Assembly (NCBI GenBank): GCA_016188605.1
Contig: JACPHP010000001.1
Coordinates: 1,327 to 65,326 of the forward strand
Source of the DNA: Candidatus Spechtbacteria bacterium
Lineage (GTDB): Bacteria; Patescibacteriota; Minisyncoccia; Spechtbacterales; JACPHP01
Length of the DNA stretch: 64,000 nucleotides
Reading direction: 5' to 3'
The notes beneath the pieces were generated by a model. That model made no database searches, was not told where the DNA came from, and saw only the letters and a program-made list of their open reading frames with translations. The stretch's first letter is position 1. Each line of letters begins with the position of its first letter. A program made the translations under genes and the position numbers. Below, piece after piece: positions 29,273 through 38,781 of the stretch.

Positions 29273-29544
29273 TATAGTACATGCACAACCTTCGCAACAC
29301 GTTGCTGTCCATTAAATCGTCGTTTTCGCACGGTAGTAAATGATATCTTGCCATTTCGCGCGGCGTAAAGCGTGTCATCCTTGCCGGAGCGTACATTGTC
29401 TCCCGCGATAAAATGCGAGCCACGCTGGCGCACGATTATATTTCCCGCTTTCACGTCTTGGCCCGCAAAGAGTTTTACTCCGAGGCGTTGTGAGTGCGAG
29501 TCTCGCCCGAGACGGGTTGTTCCTGCTGCTTTTGTTTTTGACAT
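29272..29544 (-). CDS. rpmA: 50S ribosomal protein L27
   Basis: [29 protein letters not shown]...[10 protein letters not shown] is the L27 signature. Confidence 0.85.
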   Translation of the reverse strand: MSKTKAAGTTRLGRDSHSQRLGVKLFAGQDVKAGNIIVRQRGSHFIAGDNVRSGKDDTLYAARNGKISFTTVRKRRFNGQQRVAKVVHVL

Positions 29545-29624
29545 AGTGTTAGATTAAATCAAATAATAAATTTTAGATTAGCCGAATCATTCAACATATA
29601 AATGACTATTTTGAAATTTTATTA

Positions 29625-29740
29625 TCTCAAAACGCAAATGTCAAAACTCAAATCTACATCGCAAATCTTAAATCTCCAGCAGTAGTTTCTTAGATTTGAT
29701 TTTCAGTTTTGCGATTTGAGCTTTAAGATTTGAGATGAAT
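29625..29740. repeat. palindromic heptamer array (caaatct / agatttg arms), same family as 796..950
   Basis: aaaacgcaaatgtcaaaactcaaatctacatcgcaaatcttaaatc ... gatttgattttcagttttgcgatttgagctttaagatttgagat. Confidence 0.7.
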
Positions 29741-29767
29741 ATGTAAATAAATAATTATTCAGATATT

Positions 29768-30154
29768 ATGGATAAAAAATTAATAGTTTCTCTAATAGCT
29801 TTCTCTATAGTAATTGCCTACGGGATCTTTGTGGCAGGATATGCCTCGCGATCTTTTTTGGAGATACGGAGACAGCCGATTACCGTAGAAAAAGAGTCGG
29901 AAAATACTGATAGTAATACTACCGCAAAAACCGCATCCTTGCAAGATGGCATAAGCCAGAATGCCCAAGATGCCCTGACGGCAGAAAAAGTCACCTTCTT
30001 TGCTAGCAAGAATGGCAAGGTCTACTATCTCCCCTGGTGTCTTAAACAAGGCCAAATAAGCGACAAAAATAAAGTGGAATTTGCCACGCGCAAGGAGGCG
30101 GAGGCTGCTGGGCTAAAGCCCGCGGCAAGCTGTCCGGAGATAAGTCTGTTTTAA
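29768..30154 (+). CDS. membrane-anchored protein with C-terminal Cys-containing YxxxC...EAxAAGxxPxxxC metal-binding-like motif
   Basis: N-terminal TM. C-terminus KVYYLPWCLKQGQISDKNKVEFATRKEAEAAGLKPAASCP resembles a small Zn-binding module seen at the ends of secreted nucleases. Confidence 0.45.
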   Translation: MDKKLIVSLIAFSIVIAYGIFVAGYASRSFLEIRRQPITVEKESENTDSNTTAKTASLQDGISQNAQDALTAEKVTFFASKNGKVYYLPWCLKQGQISDKNKVEFATRKEAEAAGLKPAASCPEISLF

Positions 30155-30160
30155 GATAAT

Positions 30161-30188
30161 TTGACAAATTATATGAGTTTGTTATAAT
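30161..30188 (+). promoter_or_regulatory. consensus sigma70-type promoter TTGACA-16 nt-TATAAT
   Basis: ttgaca at 30161-30166 and tataat at 30183-30188, read directly. Lies upstream of the 30217 and 30290 ORFs. Confidence 0.6.
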
Positions 30189-30216
30189 ATTTGAAATTAA
30201 AGAAAAGGGGTGCTTT

Positions 30217-30318
30217 ATGAAAAAGCAAGCCTGGTTCTGTCTGGATTGTGGGCATTACGGAATAGCTAGTTTAGCAAGGAGGCAAAGTCGTGAGTCAGAT
30301 TTCTCTACAAGGTCTTAA
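30217..30318 (+). CDS. possible 33-aa leader/upstream ORF with CxxC (MKKQAWFCLDCGHYGIASLARRQSRESDFSTRS), overlapping the GTG start of the next gene in another frame
   Basis: SD-like aaaggggtg 6 nt upstream. Not in the track because it is under 60 aa. Confidence 0.3.
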   Translation: MKKQAWFCLDCGHYGIASLARRQSRESDFSTRS

Positions 30319-30769
30319 TAAGGGAAATGTTTTGGCGGCGCTTTATAACGCTTCCAGGCCTCAAGGCATGGGGTTTTTGCAGTATGACCCCAAGCCAATG
30401 ACCCTCGAGGAGGCGGAGTATTTGCTTCAAAGAATGACCGACTTTGATTATATCAAAGGTCGAGTCATGAAGGTAGATCTGTCCGGCGATGTGCTGGACA
30501 CGTGGGGGTACGACCGCGGCAACGGTGATGGCGCTGCGGAGCAAGCTATCTCGGAGCTTCGCAGTACGGGAGACGTAAACTCGGTCGTCGCTCAAGCGAC
30601 TCACCATATGAGTACATTGGAAGCGGCCGAGGATGTGAAGGCCGATCTCAATAAAGAGACCACGGTGGCGAATAGTGAAGGAATTGTGATCTTGAGCCTA
30701 GGTCTTGCGGACGTCGCCGACGTGCTTGGTCCCGCCGTGGACCGGGCGATTGAGAAGCGCCGAGCGTAA
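30290..30769 (+). CDS. hypothetical acidic protein, GTG start with strong SD AGGAGG, elevated GC (about 53 %)
   Basis: 159 aa. aggaggcaaagtcGTG. Followed by an intrinsic terminator. No recognisable family. Confidence 0.55.
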   Translation: MSQISLQGLNKGNVLAALYNASRPQGMGFLQYDPKPMTLEEAEYLLQRMTDFDYIKGRVMKVDLSGDVLDTWGYDRGNGDGAAEQAISELRSTGDVNSVVAQATHHMSTLEAAEDVKADLNKETTVANSEGIVILSLGLADVADVLGPAVDRAIEKRRA

Positions 30770-30782
30770 TTCGGCATCAAGA

Positions 30783-30816
30783 GGCGCGTATGAGGAAACT
30801 CTGCGCGCCTTTTTTA
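30783..30816 (+). terminator. intrinsic terminator (ggcgcg ... cgcgcc + tttttta)
   Basis: aggcgcgtatgaggaaactctgcgcgccttttttatt. Confidence 0.65.
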
Positions 30817-30848
30817 TTACTAACTTTCGTGTTATGGTATAAAAGAAA

Positions 30849-30970
30849 AACACAAAACACAAATTACAAAAGCCAAACAAATTTCAATTTACAAAGTACA
30901 AACTACTGCGAATTTGGAATTTGTATCCTGTGTTTTGTTTGGACTTTGTGCTTTGAGTTTTGTGTTTTTC
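30849..30970. repeat. palindromic heptamer array (acaaa / tttgt units)
   Basis: cacaaaacacaaattacaaaagccaaacaaatttcaatttacaaagtacaaac ... tttgtatcctgtgttttgtttggactttgtgctttgagttttgtgtttt. Confidence 0.6.
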
Positions 30971-30976
30971 TAAACC

Positions 30977-32821
30977 ATGAAGCCACTTACAAAACAAACA
31001 TATCTTCTATACTGGCAGCACGCTCGAAAGTATTCTTTCTGGCTTTTTGTGACTGTCGCGGGGGTTGTGATCGCAAGTGTTTTGGAAGTTATTATACCTC
31101 TTTACTTCAAAGAGTTCTTCGAAGCGCTCGTACGAGGCGCGCAAGGCCGCGACTTGTATGCCAACGTGCTTCTGCAAATTCTATTTATAATAATTGCTTT
31201 GCGCGTTATTTCGTGGGCTTTTTGGCGCGTTTCTACTTTTGTTATAGCGCATTTACAAAGCAGGGTGATGTCCGATCTTCTCAACACTGCTTTTGAGAAC
31301 CTACAAAATCATTCATATTATTTCTTTGCTAACCGTTTCGTAGGTACGCTAGTGCGGCGCGCTGGCCGTCTTTCTGATTCTTTTGAAGGGATTGCGGATC
31401 GCGTATATTATGATTTCCTGCCGCTTATTGTAAAGATAATCGCTATTGTTTTTGTTTTATTCTTAAGTAGCAAGTTAGTTGCCTTTATCACGATAGCGTG
31501 GACTATTATGTATTTGGCTATAAATTATTTTTTTATAATTTATAGCATTAAATACGACGAAAAAAGCTCGGCAATGGATTCAATTGTATCTGGGCAGCTT
31601 GCTGATACGCTTACTAACAATACTAACGTTAAGCTTTTTACTGGCATTAAGTACGAAATAAGCCAATTTGTAAAACTTACAGAAGAGCAGTTCCGTTTGA
31701 GGCGTTTTGCTTGGTGGCTGGCGGAATCTTCCGAGGCGGTTCGCGCGGGCCTCATGGTCATTTTGGAGTTCGTTATATTCTATTTTGCTATTTCTTTGTG
31801 GCAATCCGGCCAGATTGGGGTAGGGGACTTCGTGCTCATTCAATCTTATTTAATAGATCTATTCGGCCGATTGTGGGGCTTTGCTCGCGCAATGCGCAAT
31901 ATGTTCCGTTATCTCGCCAATGCCGAGGAAATGGTGGAGATTATCAATACACCGCACGGAATTATTGATAAGTCTCGCGCAAAGAAATTAAAAGTTACCA
32001 ACGGCGAGGTTGAGTTTCGCGACGTGACATTCGCGTACAATCAGACTAGAGATGTAATAAATCATCTAAATCTTAAGATTAAGCCGGGCGAAAAAGTCGG
32101 TGTTGTAGGGTTATCCGGTTCAGGTAAGACAACCATCGCTTCGTTAATTTTACGCCTGTTTGATATTCAAGATGGCGCGATTCTTATTGATGGTCAAAAT
32201 ATTGCAGATGTTACGCAGGATTCACTCCATTCAAGCATAAGTTTTGTGCCACAAGACCCAATTCTTTTTCATCGTACTCTTTGGGAGAATATTCGCTACG
32301 GGAAAAGGGACGCAAAAGATAAGGAAGTTATACAAGCGGCGCGCGACGCGTATTGCGATGAGTTTGTAGAAACTTTGCCGGAGAAATATCAAACGTATGT
32401 AGGGGAGAGAGGCATCAAGCTTTCAGGCGGACAGCGCCAGCGTATAGCCATAGCGCGCGCATTTTTAAAGAACGCCTCTGTTTTGATTTTGGATGAGGCA
32501 ACCAGCAGCCTAGACTCTCATTCTGAGCAAATCATTCAGCAAGCGCTCGAACGGCTTATGCAAGGCCAGCCTTCGCAAAATGCTTCCGCCGGCACTAAAG
32601 TTCTGGCGGACGAGACGGCGGGGCAAGGCCGTACAACAATAGTGATAGCACACCGTTTATCAACGATAAGTAAAATGGATCGCATAGTTGTTCTTGATAA
32701 CGGAAAAGTAGTTGAGCAGGGGACGCATGCAGAACTTATAGCTAACCCCGACAGTATTTATACTAAACTATGGAATTTACAGGTCGGTGGATTTATTTCG
32801 GCCGGAGAAACGGAAGAATAA
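30977..32821 (+). CDS. ABC transporter permease/ATP-binding protein (MsbA-like exporter) with a 21-aa insertion between D-loop and H-loop
   Basis: Six TM helices. Walker A GLSGSGKTT, signature LSGGQRQRIAIARAF, Walker B ILDEATSSLD. The insert is QPSQNASAGTKVLADETAGQG, before RTTIVIAHRLSTI. Confidence 0.85.
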   Translation: MKPLTKQTYLLYWQHARKYSFWLFVTVAGVVIASVLEVIIPLYFKEFFEALVRGAQGRDLYANVLLQILFIIIALRVISWAFWRVSTFVIAHLQSRVMSDLLNTAFENLQNHSYYFFANRFVGTLVRRAGRLSDSFEGIADRVYYDFLPLIVKIIAIVFVLFLSSKLVAFITIAWTIMYLAINYFFIIYSIKYDEKSSAMDSIVSGQLADTLTNNTNVKLFTGIKYEISQFVKLTEEQFRLRRFAWWLAESSEAVRAGLMVILEFVIFYFAISLWQSGQIGVGDFVLIQSYLIDLFGRLWGFARAMRNMFRYLANAEEMVEIINTPHGIIDKSRAKKLKVTNGEVEFRDVTFAYNQTRDVINHLNLKIKPGEKVGVVGLSGSGKTTIASLILRLFDIQDGAILIDGQNIADVTQDSLHSSISFVPQDPILFHRTLWENIRYGKRDAKDKEVIQAARDAYCDEFVETLPEKYQTYVGERGIKLSGGQRQRIAIARAFLKNASVLILDEATSSLDSHSEQIIQQALERLMQGQPSQNASAGTKVLADETAGQGRTTIVIAHRLSTISKMDRIVVLDNGKVVEQGTHAELIANPDSIYTKLWNLQVGGFISAGETEE

Positions 32822-32849
32822 AAAAAGGGCCTCCGGGAGGCCCTTTTTC
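32821..32849 (+). terminator. intrinsic terminator (gggcctc-cgg-gaggccc + ttttt)
   Basis: aaaaaagggcctccgggaggccctttttca. Confidence 0.7.
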
Positions 32850-32945
32850 ATCGGCGATATAGAATAGAGGGGAGTATAAGAAGAAGCTTCTTTGGCCGTT
32901 ATTTATATAGTCGTATAATGTACCTTATGCGACATACAATATAAA

Positions 32946-33018
32946 ATCAACGAATAACGAATCCCTACGAATAAACGAATTAAAAATAAGAAGTAGATAG
33001 TATTCGTTATTCGTTGAT
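32946..33018. mobile_element. MITE family A copy 4
   Basis: atcaacgaataacgaat...attcgttattcgttgat. Confidence 0.75.
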
Positions 33019-33022
33019 ACAT

Positions 33023-33337
33023 CTATCGCGACGGTGTTGGTATCACCCTATCAACACCTTTATCAATTTGTTGGCTAACCCGTTGCTTGAGATTGTCTTT
33101 TAAATAGTTTTTGACATCATTAACGGCCTCAACAGCGCTTATTTTAGATTGTTGAAAAAGTTGTTTTATAAAATCTTCGTCCTTAATGCTATCAATCAAT
33201 CCCTTTGTCTTATTAACAATACTTACAACAAAATTTTTTATGTCTGATCCGTAAGGAATTTTTTGCACTAGATTATCGGGCACCACATATGCAAATATTA
33301 GCAATAAAATTATTGTAAATATAAGGAATTTCGCCAT
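33023..33337 (-). CDS. small hypothetical protein with N-terminal TM helix
   Basis: 104 aa ORF. Confidence 0.45.
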   Translation of the reverse strand: MAKFLIFTIILLLIFAYVVPDNLVQKIPYGSDIKNFVVSIVNKTKGLIDSIKDEDFIKQLFQQSKISAVEAVNDVKNYLKDNLKQRVSQQIDKGVDRVIPTPSR

Positions 33338-33369
33338 ATGTCGTATAATAATTATTAGTGTAAAATAGA

Positions 33370-34629
33370 TTATTTCGGCAAATAATCCATTGGATTCAAT
33401 GACGCGCCGATTGGCAATGTGCCAGCCAGTTTGCTGGCTTTAGTGGTGTATGTATTGGGCGCATACACCGTAAAATGCACATGGGAGCCCGTAGAATAGC
33501 CCGTAGACCCCATATATCCTATTATATCCCCTCTTTTTACGGTTTGGCCAACTTTTGCGGTCTGCACAGACATATGTCCATAAAGGGTTACGAGACCATT
33601 GTCGTGCTCTATAGTTATCCATTTTCCATATGCGTAAGGCGCGCTAGCCACTCCTATTACAACACCTTCGCGCGCAGCGCGAAGTGGCGTGCCTATAGGC
33701 CCCGCGATATCAATGCCATTATGAAAGCACGTGGGATATGCTTTGGACTTTTTAGCAAATGCCGTGCATCCGTATCCTTGTGAAAGCCTACCGCTAGCCG
33801 GCCATTCAAGAACGCCATGACCAGTAGTTGGTATAATGCTGGGATCGAGTGTTTCCCGTAATCGATCTTCTAATTCAAAAATTTGGCGCTGAACTTCATC
33901 TTGTTTACTTGTGACATCTTTGAGCAGATTCTGATATTGCGCTTCTTGATTGCGAGTCTGCTTTAGAACATCCTGCTGGTCGGCCCTTTGCGATTCAACA
34001 ATTGCCTGTTGAGCAGTAAGGTCGTCCTTTGCGTTGTTAAGATCGTCTTGCCGCTGGTTAAGTTCCAATTTCGCATTTTCAAGCCCGGCTTTTTCAGATT
34101 TTAAATTTTTTAGATTTTCATAAAGATTACTATTTAAGCTATCCTGATTCTGAACCTGATCGTAGAAATTGGATAAATTTTCATATTTTAGCACAAGTTC
34201 GAGGATTGACTCGCTATCACTCGCGTATATTTCGCGCACCAAAGCGGCAGTCTGCTCTTTATTTCTTTCAATAGATCGTTCAAGAGCGTGAATCTGCAAT
34301 TCGGTTTGCGTTATCTTATCAGACAACAATGTTATTGCCTGCCGATCTTTGTTTATTTGTTTTTCAAGCGATTGAATTGACCTGTTATAGTTAGCAATTA
34401 GATTTTTTAAAGTATTGGCCTGCTGTTGCGTTGTATCAATATTTTCTTTATAAGATTGCGCTTGTTCTTGCAATTCTCTTATTTGCTGTTGTTTTTCGTC
34501 AAGCTGTTTTTGAATATCGTCTGCTGTTGTGGCAGAGGCGTAGTTGGCAAAACCTGACAATACTAAAAGTAACTGCAATAATAGGCAGATTGATCGCAAA
34601 AAGTATTTTGATACATGAAACATTGGCAT
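33370..34629 (-). CDS. M23 family peptidase with long N-terminal coiled coil (EnvC-like murein hydrolase/activator)
   Basis: Coiled-coil Q/E/L-rich 250 aa, then the LytM domain (GIDIAGPIGTPLRAAREGVV ... GSTGYSTGSHVHFTVY). Confidence 0.8.
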   Translation of the reverse strand: MPMFHVSKYFLRSICLLLQLLLVLSGFANYASATTADDIQKQLDEKQQQIRELQEQAQSYKENIDTTQQQANTLKNLIANYNRSIQSLEKQINKDRQAITLLSDKITQTELQIHALERSIERNKEQTAALVREIYASDSESILELVLKYENLSNFYDQVQNQDSLNSNLYENLKNLKSEKAGLENAKLELNQRQDDLNNAKDDLTAQQAIVESQRADQQDVLKQTRNQEAQYQNLLKDVTSKQDEVQRQIFELEDRLRETLDPSIIPTTGHGVLEWPASGRLSQGYGCTAFAKKSKAYPTCFHNGIDIAGPIGTPLRAAREGVVIGVASAPYAYGKWITIEHDNGLVTLYGHMSVQTAKVGQTVKRGDIIGYMGSTGYSTGSHVHFTVYAPNTYTTKASKLAGTLPIGASLNPMDYLPK

Positions 34630-34667
34630 GAAAGGAGCTCACTATGAAACTTTTATACTTACCGATT

Positions 34668-36245
34668 TCAGAGGAGGCTTTTTGCATACGCTAATCGAGC
34701 AAGCGTTTTTTCTTTACCCAGAATACTAGCTACTTCAAACGGGCCAGGTGATGCTTTTTGACCAGTTAAGGCAACGCGCAAAGGCCATAATATAGTGCCT
34801 TTATCCCCCTTTGCCGAAGCATAAGGCATTAAAACGTCTTCCAGAGATTTTGCGGTCTGAAATATTTTATTATCTAACGACATGATAAAGTTTTCTAATT
34901 CAGACAGCGTTTTGGTAATAGTTATTTTGTCGGTATTTTTCCAAACAAGCAGGGATTCATCGTAAGAGGGACTATCTGTAAAGAAAAATCCTGCTCTCTC
35001 CCCTATTTCCGCGAGGCGCTTTAACCGTTCTTGCTCCAGAGCAATAATTTTTTTTAGCCATTCAAAATTAACTATCTCGCCGGTTTTAATAATTTTGAAT
35101 TTCAAACCGTCATTTTGCTTGTCTCGCGAAGCATAGGCGGAGTGAGGAGATTTGCGATTTGCGATTTGCGATTCCTCGATGTATCCCGCATAAACCAAAA
35201 ATGGTACACAACGCTGGGTTAATTCGCCTATCTCCATGTTACGTATGTACATGCCATTCATCCAATCCAATTTTTCGAGATTAAAAATAGCTCCGCTCTG
35301 CTGAATATTGTCGCCGTCAAATCGTTCGATAAGCTCCTTCATTGTCATTATTTCTTTATCATCATTGGCGTTCCAGCCAAGGATAGCAAGAAAGTTTATA
35401 AATGCTTCGGGCAGATATCCCATTTTTTCATATTCAAGAACAGAAACCGCGCCGTGGCGCTTGCTAAGCTTTGATCGATCTGTACCGAGTAGCAACGGCA
35501 AGTGAGCGTACTTAGGCGATTGCAATTTAAGCGCGCGTTGGATCAGAATTTGTTTCGGGGTATTTGAGATATGATCTTCGCCGCGAATAACATGCGTAAT
35601 TTCCATGTCGCTGTCGTCAATTACAGCCGCAAAATTATATAACGGCAAATCAAGCGACTTTGCGAGTGAAAAATCTCCCAGCAAATCAGCATTAAATTCT
35701 ATCTCTCCTCGTACATGATCATAAAATTTTACGCTGCCTCCAGGATTCTGAAAACGTATGATAGATTTTTCTTTATTAGTATCAGTAACATCGATTGCAG
35801 CAAATTTGCGATAATCACATATATGCATTGGCGGTTGCTTTTGCGCCTCTTGTTGCGCGCGTTCTTTTTCAAGCTCTGCTTGTGTATGCCAGCAATAAAA
35901 AGCATCGCCTTGTTCTAATAATTGATTTAAATACTGTTTATGAATTTTTAGGCGTTCGCTTTGACGATATGGGCCATGGAGGCCGCCAACATCGGGCCCT
36001 TCGTCCCAATCCATGCCTAGCAATTTAAGCCCCTTGAGGATATTTTCTTCATATTCTTTTTTGGAACGTTCGGTATCAGTATCCTCAATGCGTACTATAA
36101 ATACTCCCCCATGGTGACGAGCAAAAAGGTAGTTAAATAATGCGGTGCGAGCCGTGCCGACGTGCAGCATTCCCGTTGGGCTTGGAGCTATGCGGACGCG
36201 AACGGTTTGGTCAGGGGTTACGAATTGTTCTTTAGTGGTATTCAT
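34668..36245 (-). CDS. gltX: glutamyl-tRNA synthetase
   Basis: HIGH-type motif SPTGMLHVGTAR and KMSKS-type KLSKRHG. Confidence 0.85.
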   Translation of the reverse strand: MNTTKEQFVTPDQTVRVRIAPSPTGMLHVGTARTALFNYLFARHHGGVFIVRIEDTDTERSKKEYEENILKGLKLLGMDWDEGPDVGGLHGPYRQSERLKIHKQYLNQLLEQGDAFYCWHTQAELEKERAQQEAQKQPPMHICDYRKFAAIDVTDTNKEKSIIRFQNPGGSVKFYDHVRGEIEFNADLLGDFSLAKSLDLPLYNFAAVIDDSDMEITHVIRGEDHISNTPKQILIQRALKLQSPKYAHLPLLLGTDRSKLSKRHGAVSVLEYEKMGYLPEAFINFLAILGWNANDDKEIMTMKELIERFDGDNIQQSGAIFNLEKLDWMNGMYIRNMEIGELTQRCVPFLVYAGYIEESQIANRKSPHSAYASRDKQNDGLKFKIIKTGEIVNFEWLKKIIALEQERLKRLAEIGERAGFFFTDSPSYDESLLVWKNTDKITITKTLSELENFIMSLDNKIFQTAKSLEDVLMPYASAKGDKGTILWPLRVALTGQKASPGPFEVASILGKEKTLARLAYAKSLL

Positions 36246-36252
36246 AAAATAT

Positions 36253-36339
36253 ATTAGCGAATAACGAATGGCATAAGAATATACGAATACTCCACTACAG
36301 CCAATTCGTTTATTCGTAAAAAATTCGTTATTCGTTGAT
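36253..36339. mobile_element. MITE family A copy 5
   Basis: attagcgaataacgaat ... attcgttattcgttgat. The right TIR supplies the last codons of murG (...L-I-N-E-stop). Confidence 0.8.
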
Positions 36340-37491
36340 TAAGTCCAATATCATTCCTGCAATCTCATCCGCAGCCCTTGGCCGTGCAAACTCCGCGGCG
36401 CGTTGTGACATAAATCGCCGTTTTTGTTCATCATTAATAACAAAATTAATTGTTTCAAAAAATAAATTGGGTGTAAGGTTTTGCTCCTCAAGCACCGTAC
36501 TGGCGCCAAAATCAGCATAAAGATAAGCATTTTTTTTCTGGTGATCATCCGCCGCGCTTGGCAGTGGAATAAGGATACTTGGTTTTTGTATAGCGGCAAT
36601 TTCAAAAATACTTCCCGACCCCGCCCTGCTTACCACAAGCGAGCATAAAGCGTAGGCGTGCGCGAGGCCTGCTTCATCCATAAATGCATGCGGGTGGTAA
36701 GATGAGTACAATTCTAGCGGAGTCCTTGCAAGCGCAATTTCTTTCACGGCAACAAAATGCTTTTCTCCGATTTGATGTATCACTTCAAAGTTAGCAAGAA
36801 GTTTTGGCAATGATTCCAAAACAAGTTCGTTAATTTTTTGCGCGCCCTGGCTTCCTCCCTGTATTAAAATAATCGGCTTCTGCGAATCTATTTGAAAAAT
36901 TTTCCTCCCCTCATCAGTAGAACCGTTCATAAGATTAGGGCGAATCGGGTTTCCTAGAACCGTGTACAACTCTGGTAGGTGCTCGCGTTTAGCCCCTCGA
37001 ACAAACTCGGGGTAAACAACCGGAAATGAAAGTATAACTTTGTCAGCAAATCGTGCCAGTAAGCGATTTGCGAGCCCCATAACGCTATCTGACTCATGAA
37101 TTACTATCGGTATGCGATAAAGCCAACCAACTAAGACAGGGAAAGCGCTGCCGTAACCTCCTTTTGCGAATATCACATCAGGCATGAGCCAGTATAAATA
37201 CGCGAGAGATTGTATAAGAGTTATGGGCGGCTTTAATATATCTAAAATAGTTGTGAGCGAAAAATATCTGCGCAATTTGCCGGCAACAAGATTCCATACA
37301 GTAATGCCTTCTTGCGCGAATATTTCTTGTGCCATTTTTCCAGGTCCAAGGAATATAACTTCTGGCTCTGCGAATCCCTCTTCTTGCGTGCGAAAAACAA
37401 AACTGCGCGCAACAGCAATAAGCGGAAATAAGTGTCCGCCAGTGCCACCGCCGGTAAGCAGGATATGTAATTTTTCTTTTTCGTTTGACAT
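36328..37491 (-). CDS. murG: undecaprenyldiphospho-muramoylpentapeptide beta-N-acetylglucosaminyltransferase
   Basis: G-loop LLTGGGTGGHLFP and GT28 core. Confidence 0.85.
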   Translation of the reverse strand: MSNEKEKLHILLTGGGTGGHLFPLIAVARSFVFRTQEEGFAEPEVIFLGPGKMAQEIFAQEGITVWNLVAGKLRRYFSLTTILDILKPPITLIQSLAYLYWLMPDVIFAKGGYGSAFPVLVGWLYRIPIVIHESDSVMGLANRLLARFADKVILSFPVVYPEFVRGAKREHLPELYTVLGNPIRPNLMNGSTDEGRKIFQIDSQKPIILIQGGSQGAQKINELVLESLPKLLANFEVIHQIGEKHFVAVKEIALARTPLELYSSYHPHAFMDEAGLAHAYALCSLVVSRAGSGSIFEIAAIQKPSILIPLPSAADDHQKKNAYLYADFGASTVLEEQNLTPNLFFETINFVINDEQKRRFMSQRAAEFARPRAADEIAGMILDLINE

Positions 37492-37497
37492 TGCAGT

Positions 37498-37584
37498 AAT
37501 CAGCGAATAACGAATAGTGTACGAATATACGAATACTCTACCAAATCGATTCGTTTATTCGTGTTGGATTCGTTATTCGTTGAT
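37498..37584. mobile_element. MITE family A copy 6
   Basis: aatcagcgaataacgaat ... attcgttattcgttgat. Confidence 0.75.
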
Positions 37585-37588
37585 TATA

Positions 37589-38701
37589 TCAGTTATGCCG
37601 AGAAATCTGAAGTAGTAATCCGGAAGCCGCCAGTGTTGACACCATAGCCGAACCGCCATAACTAATAAATGGCAAAGGTATTCCCATCAAGGGCAAAACG
37701 CCTGTTATAGATCCGATGTTGATAAATGCCTGGATGCCAATCCAGGAAGTGATGCCGAGCGCTAACATGGAAGAAAATCTATCATTTGAGTCTCGCGCGA
37801 TTTTTAGTCCCCGCCAAATAAAAATTAAAAAAAGTAGTATGAGTGAAATAGCGCCAACAAATCCCGTCTCTTCGCTCCACACCGCAAAGATAGAGTCTCC
37901 CATTGGTTCTGGAAGAAAATTATGAGATTGCTGGCCTTGGGCTATTCCAACCCCCCAAAGTCCTCCCGAACCTTCCGCGAGCAACGCTTGATTAAGATGA
38001 TAGCTAATACCCATAGGATCGGTTTGAGGGTTAAGAAACGTAGATATTCTTTCTAGTCTGTACGGCGCAATTTGAATAAGAATAAATAATCCTATAACGC
38101 CCAGGACGCCCAGAAAAGCAAAATGCTGTATTTTTCCCCCAGCTACAATATACATAAATCCCGCGGTAAGACCAATTAAAATTAAAGTGCTAATATCGGG
38201 TTGAAGAAAGAGGAAAAAAGCCAACATGCCAACCAGGATCGTAAAGGGTACTAAACCAGTTCCAATATTTTGCACTTCATTTTTTTTTGATGCAAACCAT
38301 GCGGCAAGATATATTACAAATGTAAGTTTGGTAATTTCCGAGGGTTGCATTAGAAAAGACCCAATATGAATCCATCGCTGCGCGCCACCGGCTGCGTATG
38401 CAAACCCCGGAACAAAAATAAGTATAAGCAGAAATAGCGAGGTTAGATAGAATGGAAGCGCTAAACTATGCAATATTTTGTACGGTAAAAAATAAAATAT
38501 AAACCCGCCAATCAGTCCCAACCCCACTCCGTAAATCAATTGATGTTGCAAATATCCATATATGTTGCCAAAAACATACTGACTTTCGCCTCCTGACGCG
38601 GATGATAAAATAACAAGCCCGACACTAAACAGGGCTGCTATGGACATAAGCAAAATGAAATCTGGTTTTTTGAGCAGCAAATGTTTGTTCATGTGGAACA
38701 A
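37589..38701 (-). CDS. ftsW: SEDS family protein FtsW/RodA (TTG start)
   Basis: 10 TM. Conserved SEDS periplasmic loop (QRWIHIGSFLMQPSEITKL). Confidence 0.8.
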   Translation of the reverse strand: MFHMNKHLLLKKPDFILLMSIAALFSVGLVILSSASGGESQYVFGNIYGYLQHQLIYGVGLGLIGGFIFYFLPYKILHSLALPFYLTSLFLLILIFVPGFAYAAGGAQRWIHIGSFLMQPSEITKLTFVIYLAAWFASKKNEVQNIGTGLVPFTILVGMLAFFLFLQPDISTLILIGLTAGFMYIVAGGKIQHFAFLGVLGVIGLFILIQIAPYRLERISTFLNPQTDPMGISYHLNQALLAEGSGGLWGVGIAQGQQSHNFLPEPMGDSIFAVWSEETGFVGAISLILLFLIFIWRGLKIARDSNDRFSSMLALGITSWIGIQAFINIGSITGVLPLMGIPLPFISYGGSAMVSTLAASGLLLQISRHN

Positions 38702-38780
38702 TCAGCGAATAACGAATGGCGTACGAATATACGAATACTCCACTACCGCTAATTCGTTTATTCGTAAAAAATTCGTTGAT
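38700..38780. mobile_element. MITE family A copy 7 (right TIR shortened)
   Basis: aatcagcgaataacgaat ... aattcgttgat. Confidence 0.7.
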
Positions 38781-38781
38781 G

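Noticed and set aside
30790-31296. Track ORF 30790..31296 (+), 168 aa
   Set aside because: Begins inside the terminator loop, runs through the heptamer palindrome and overlaps the ABC transporter start. Cys/Phe-rich repeat translation.
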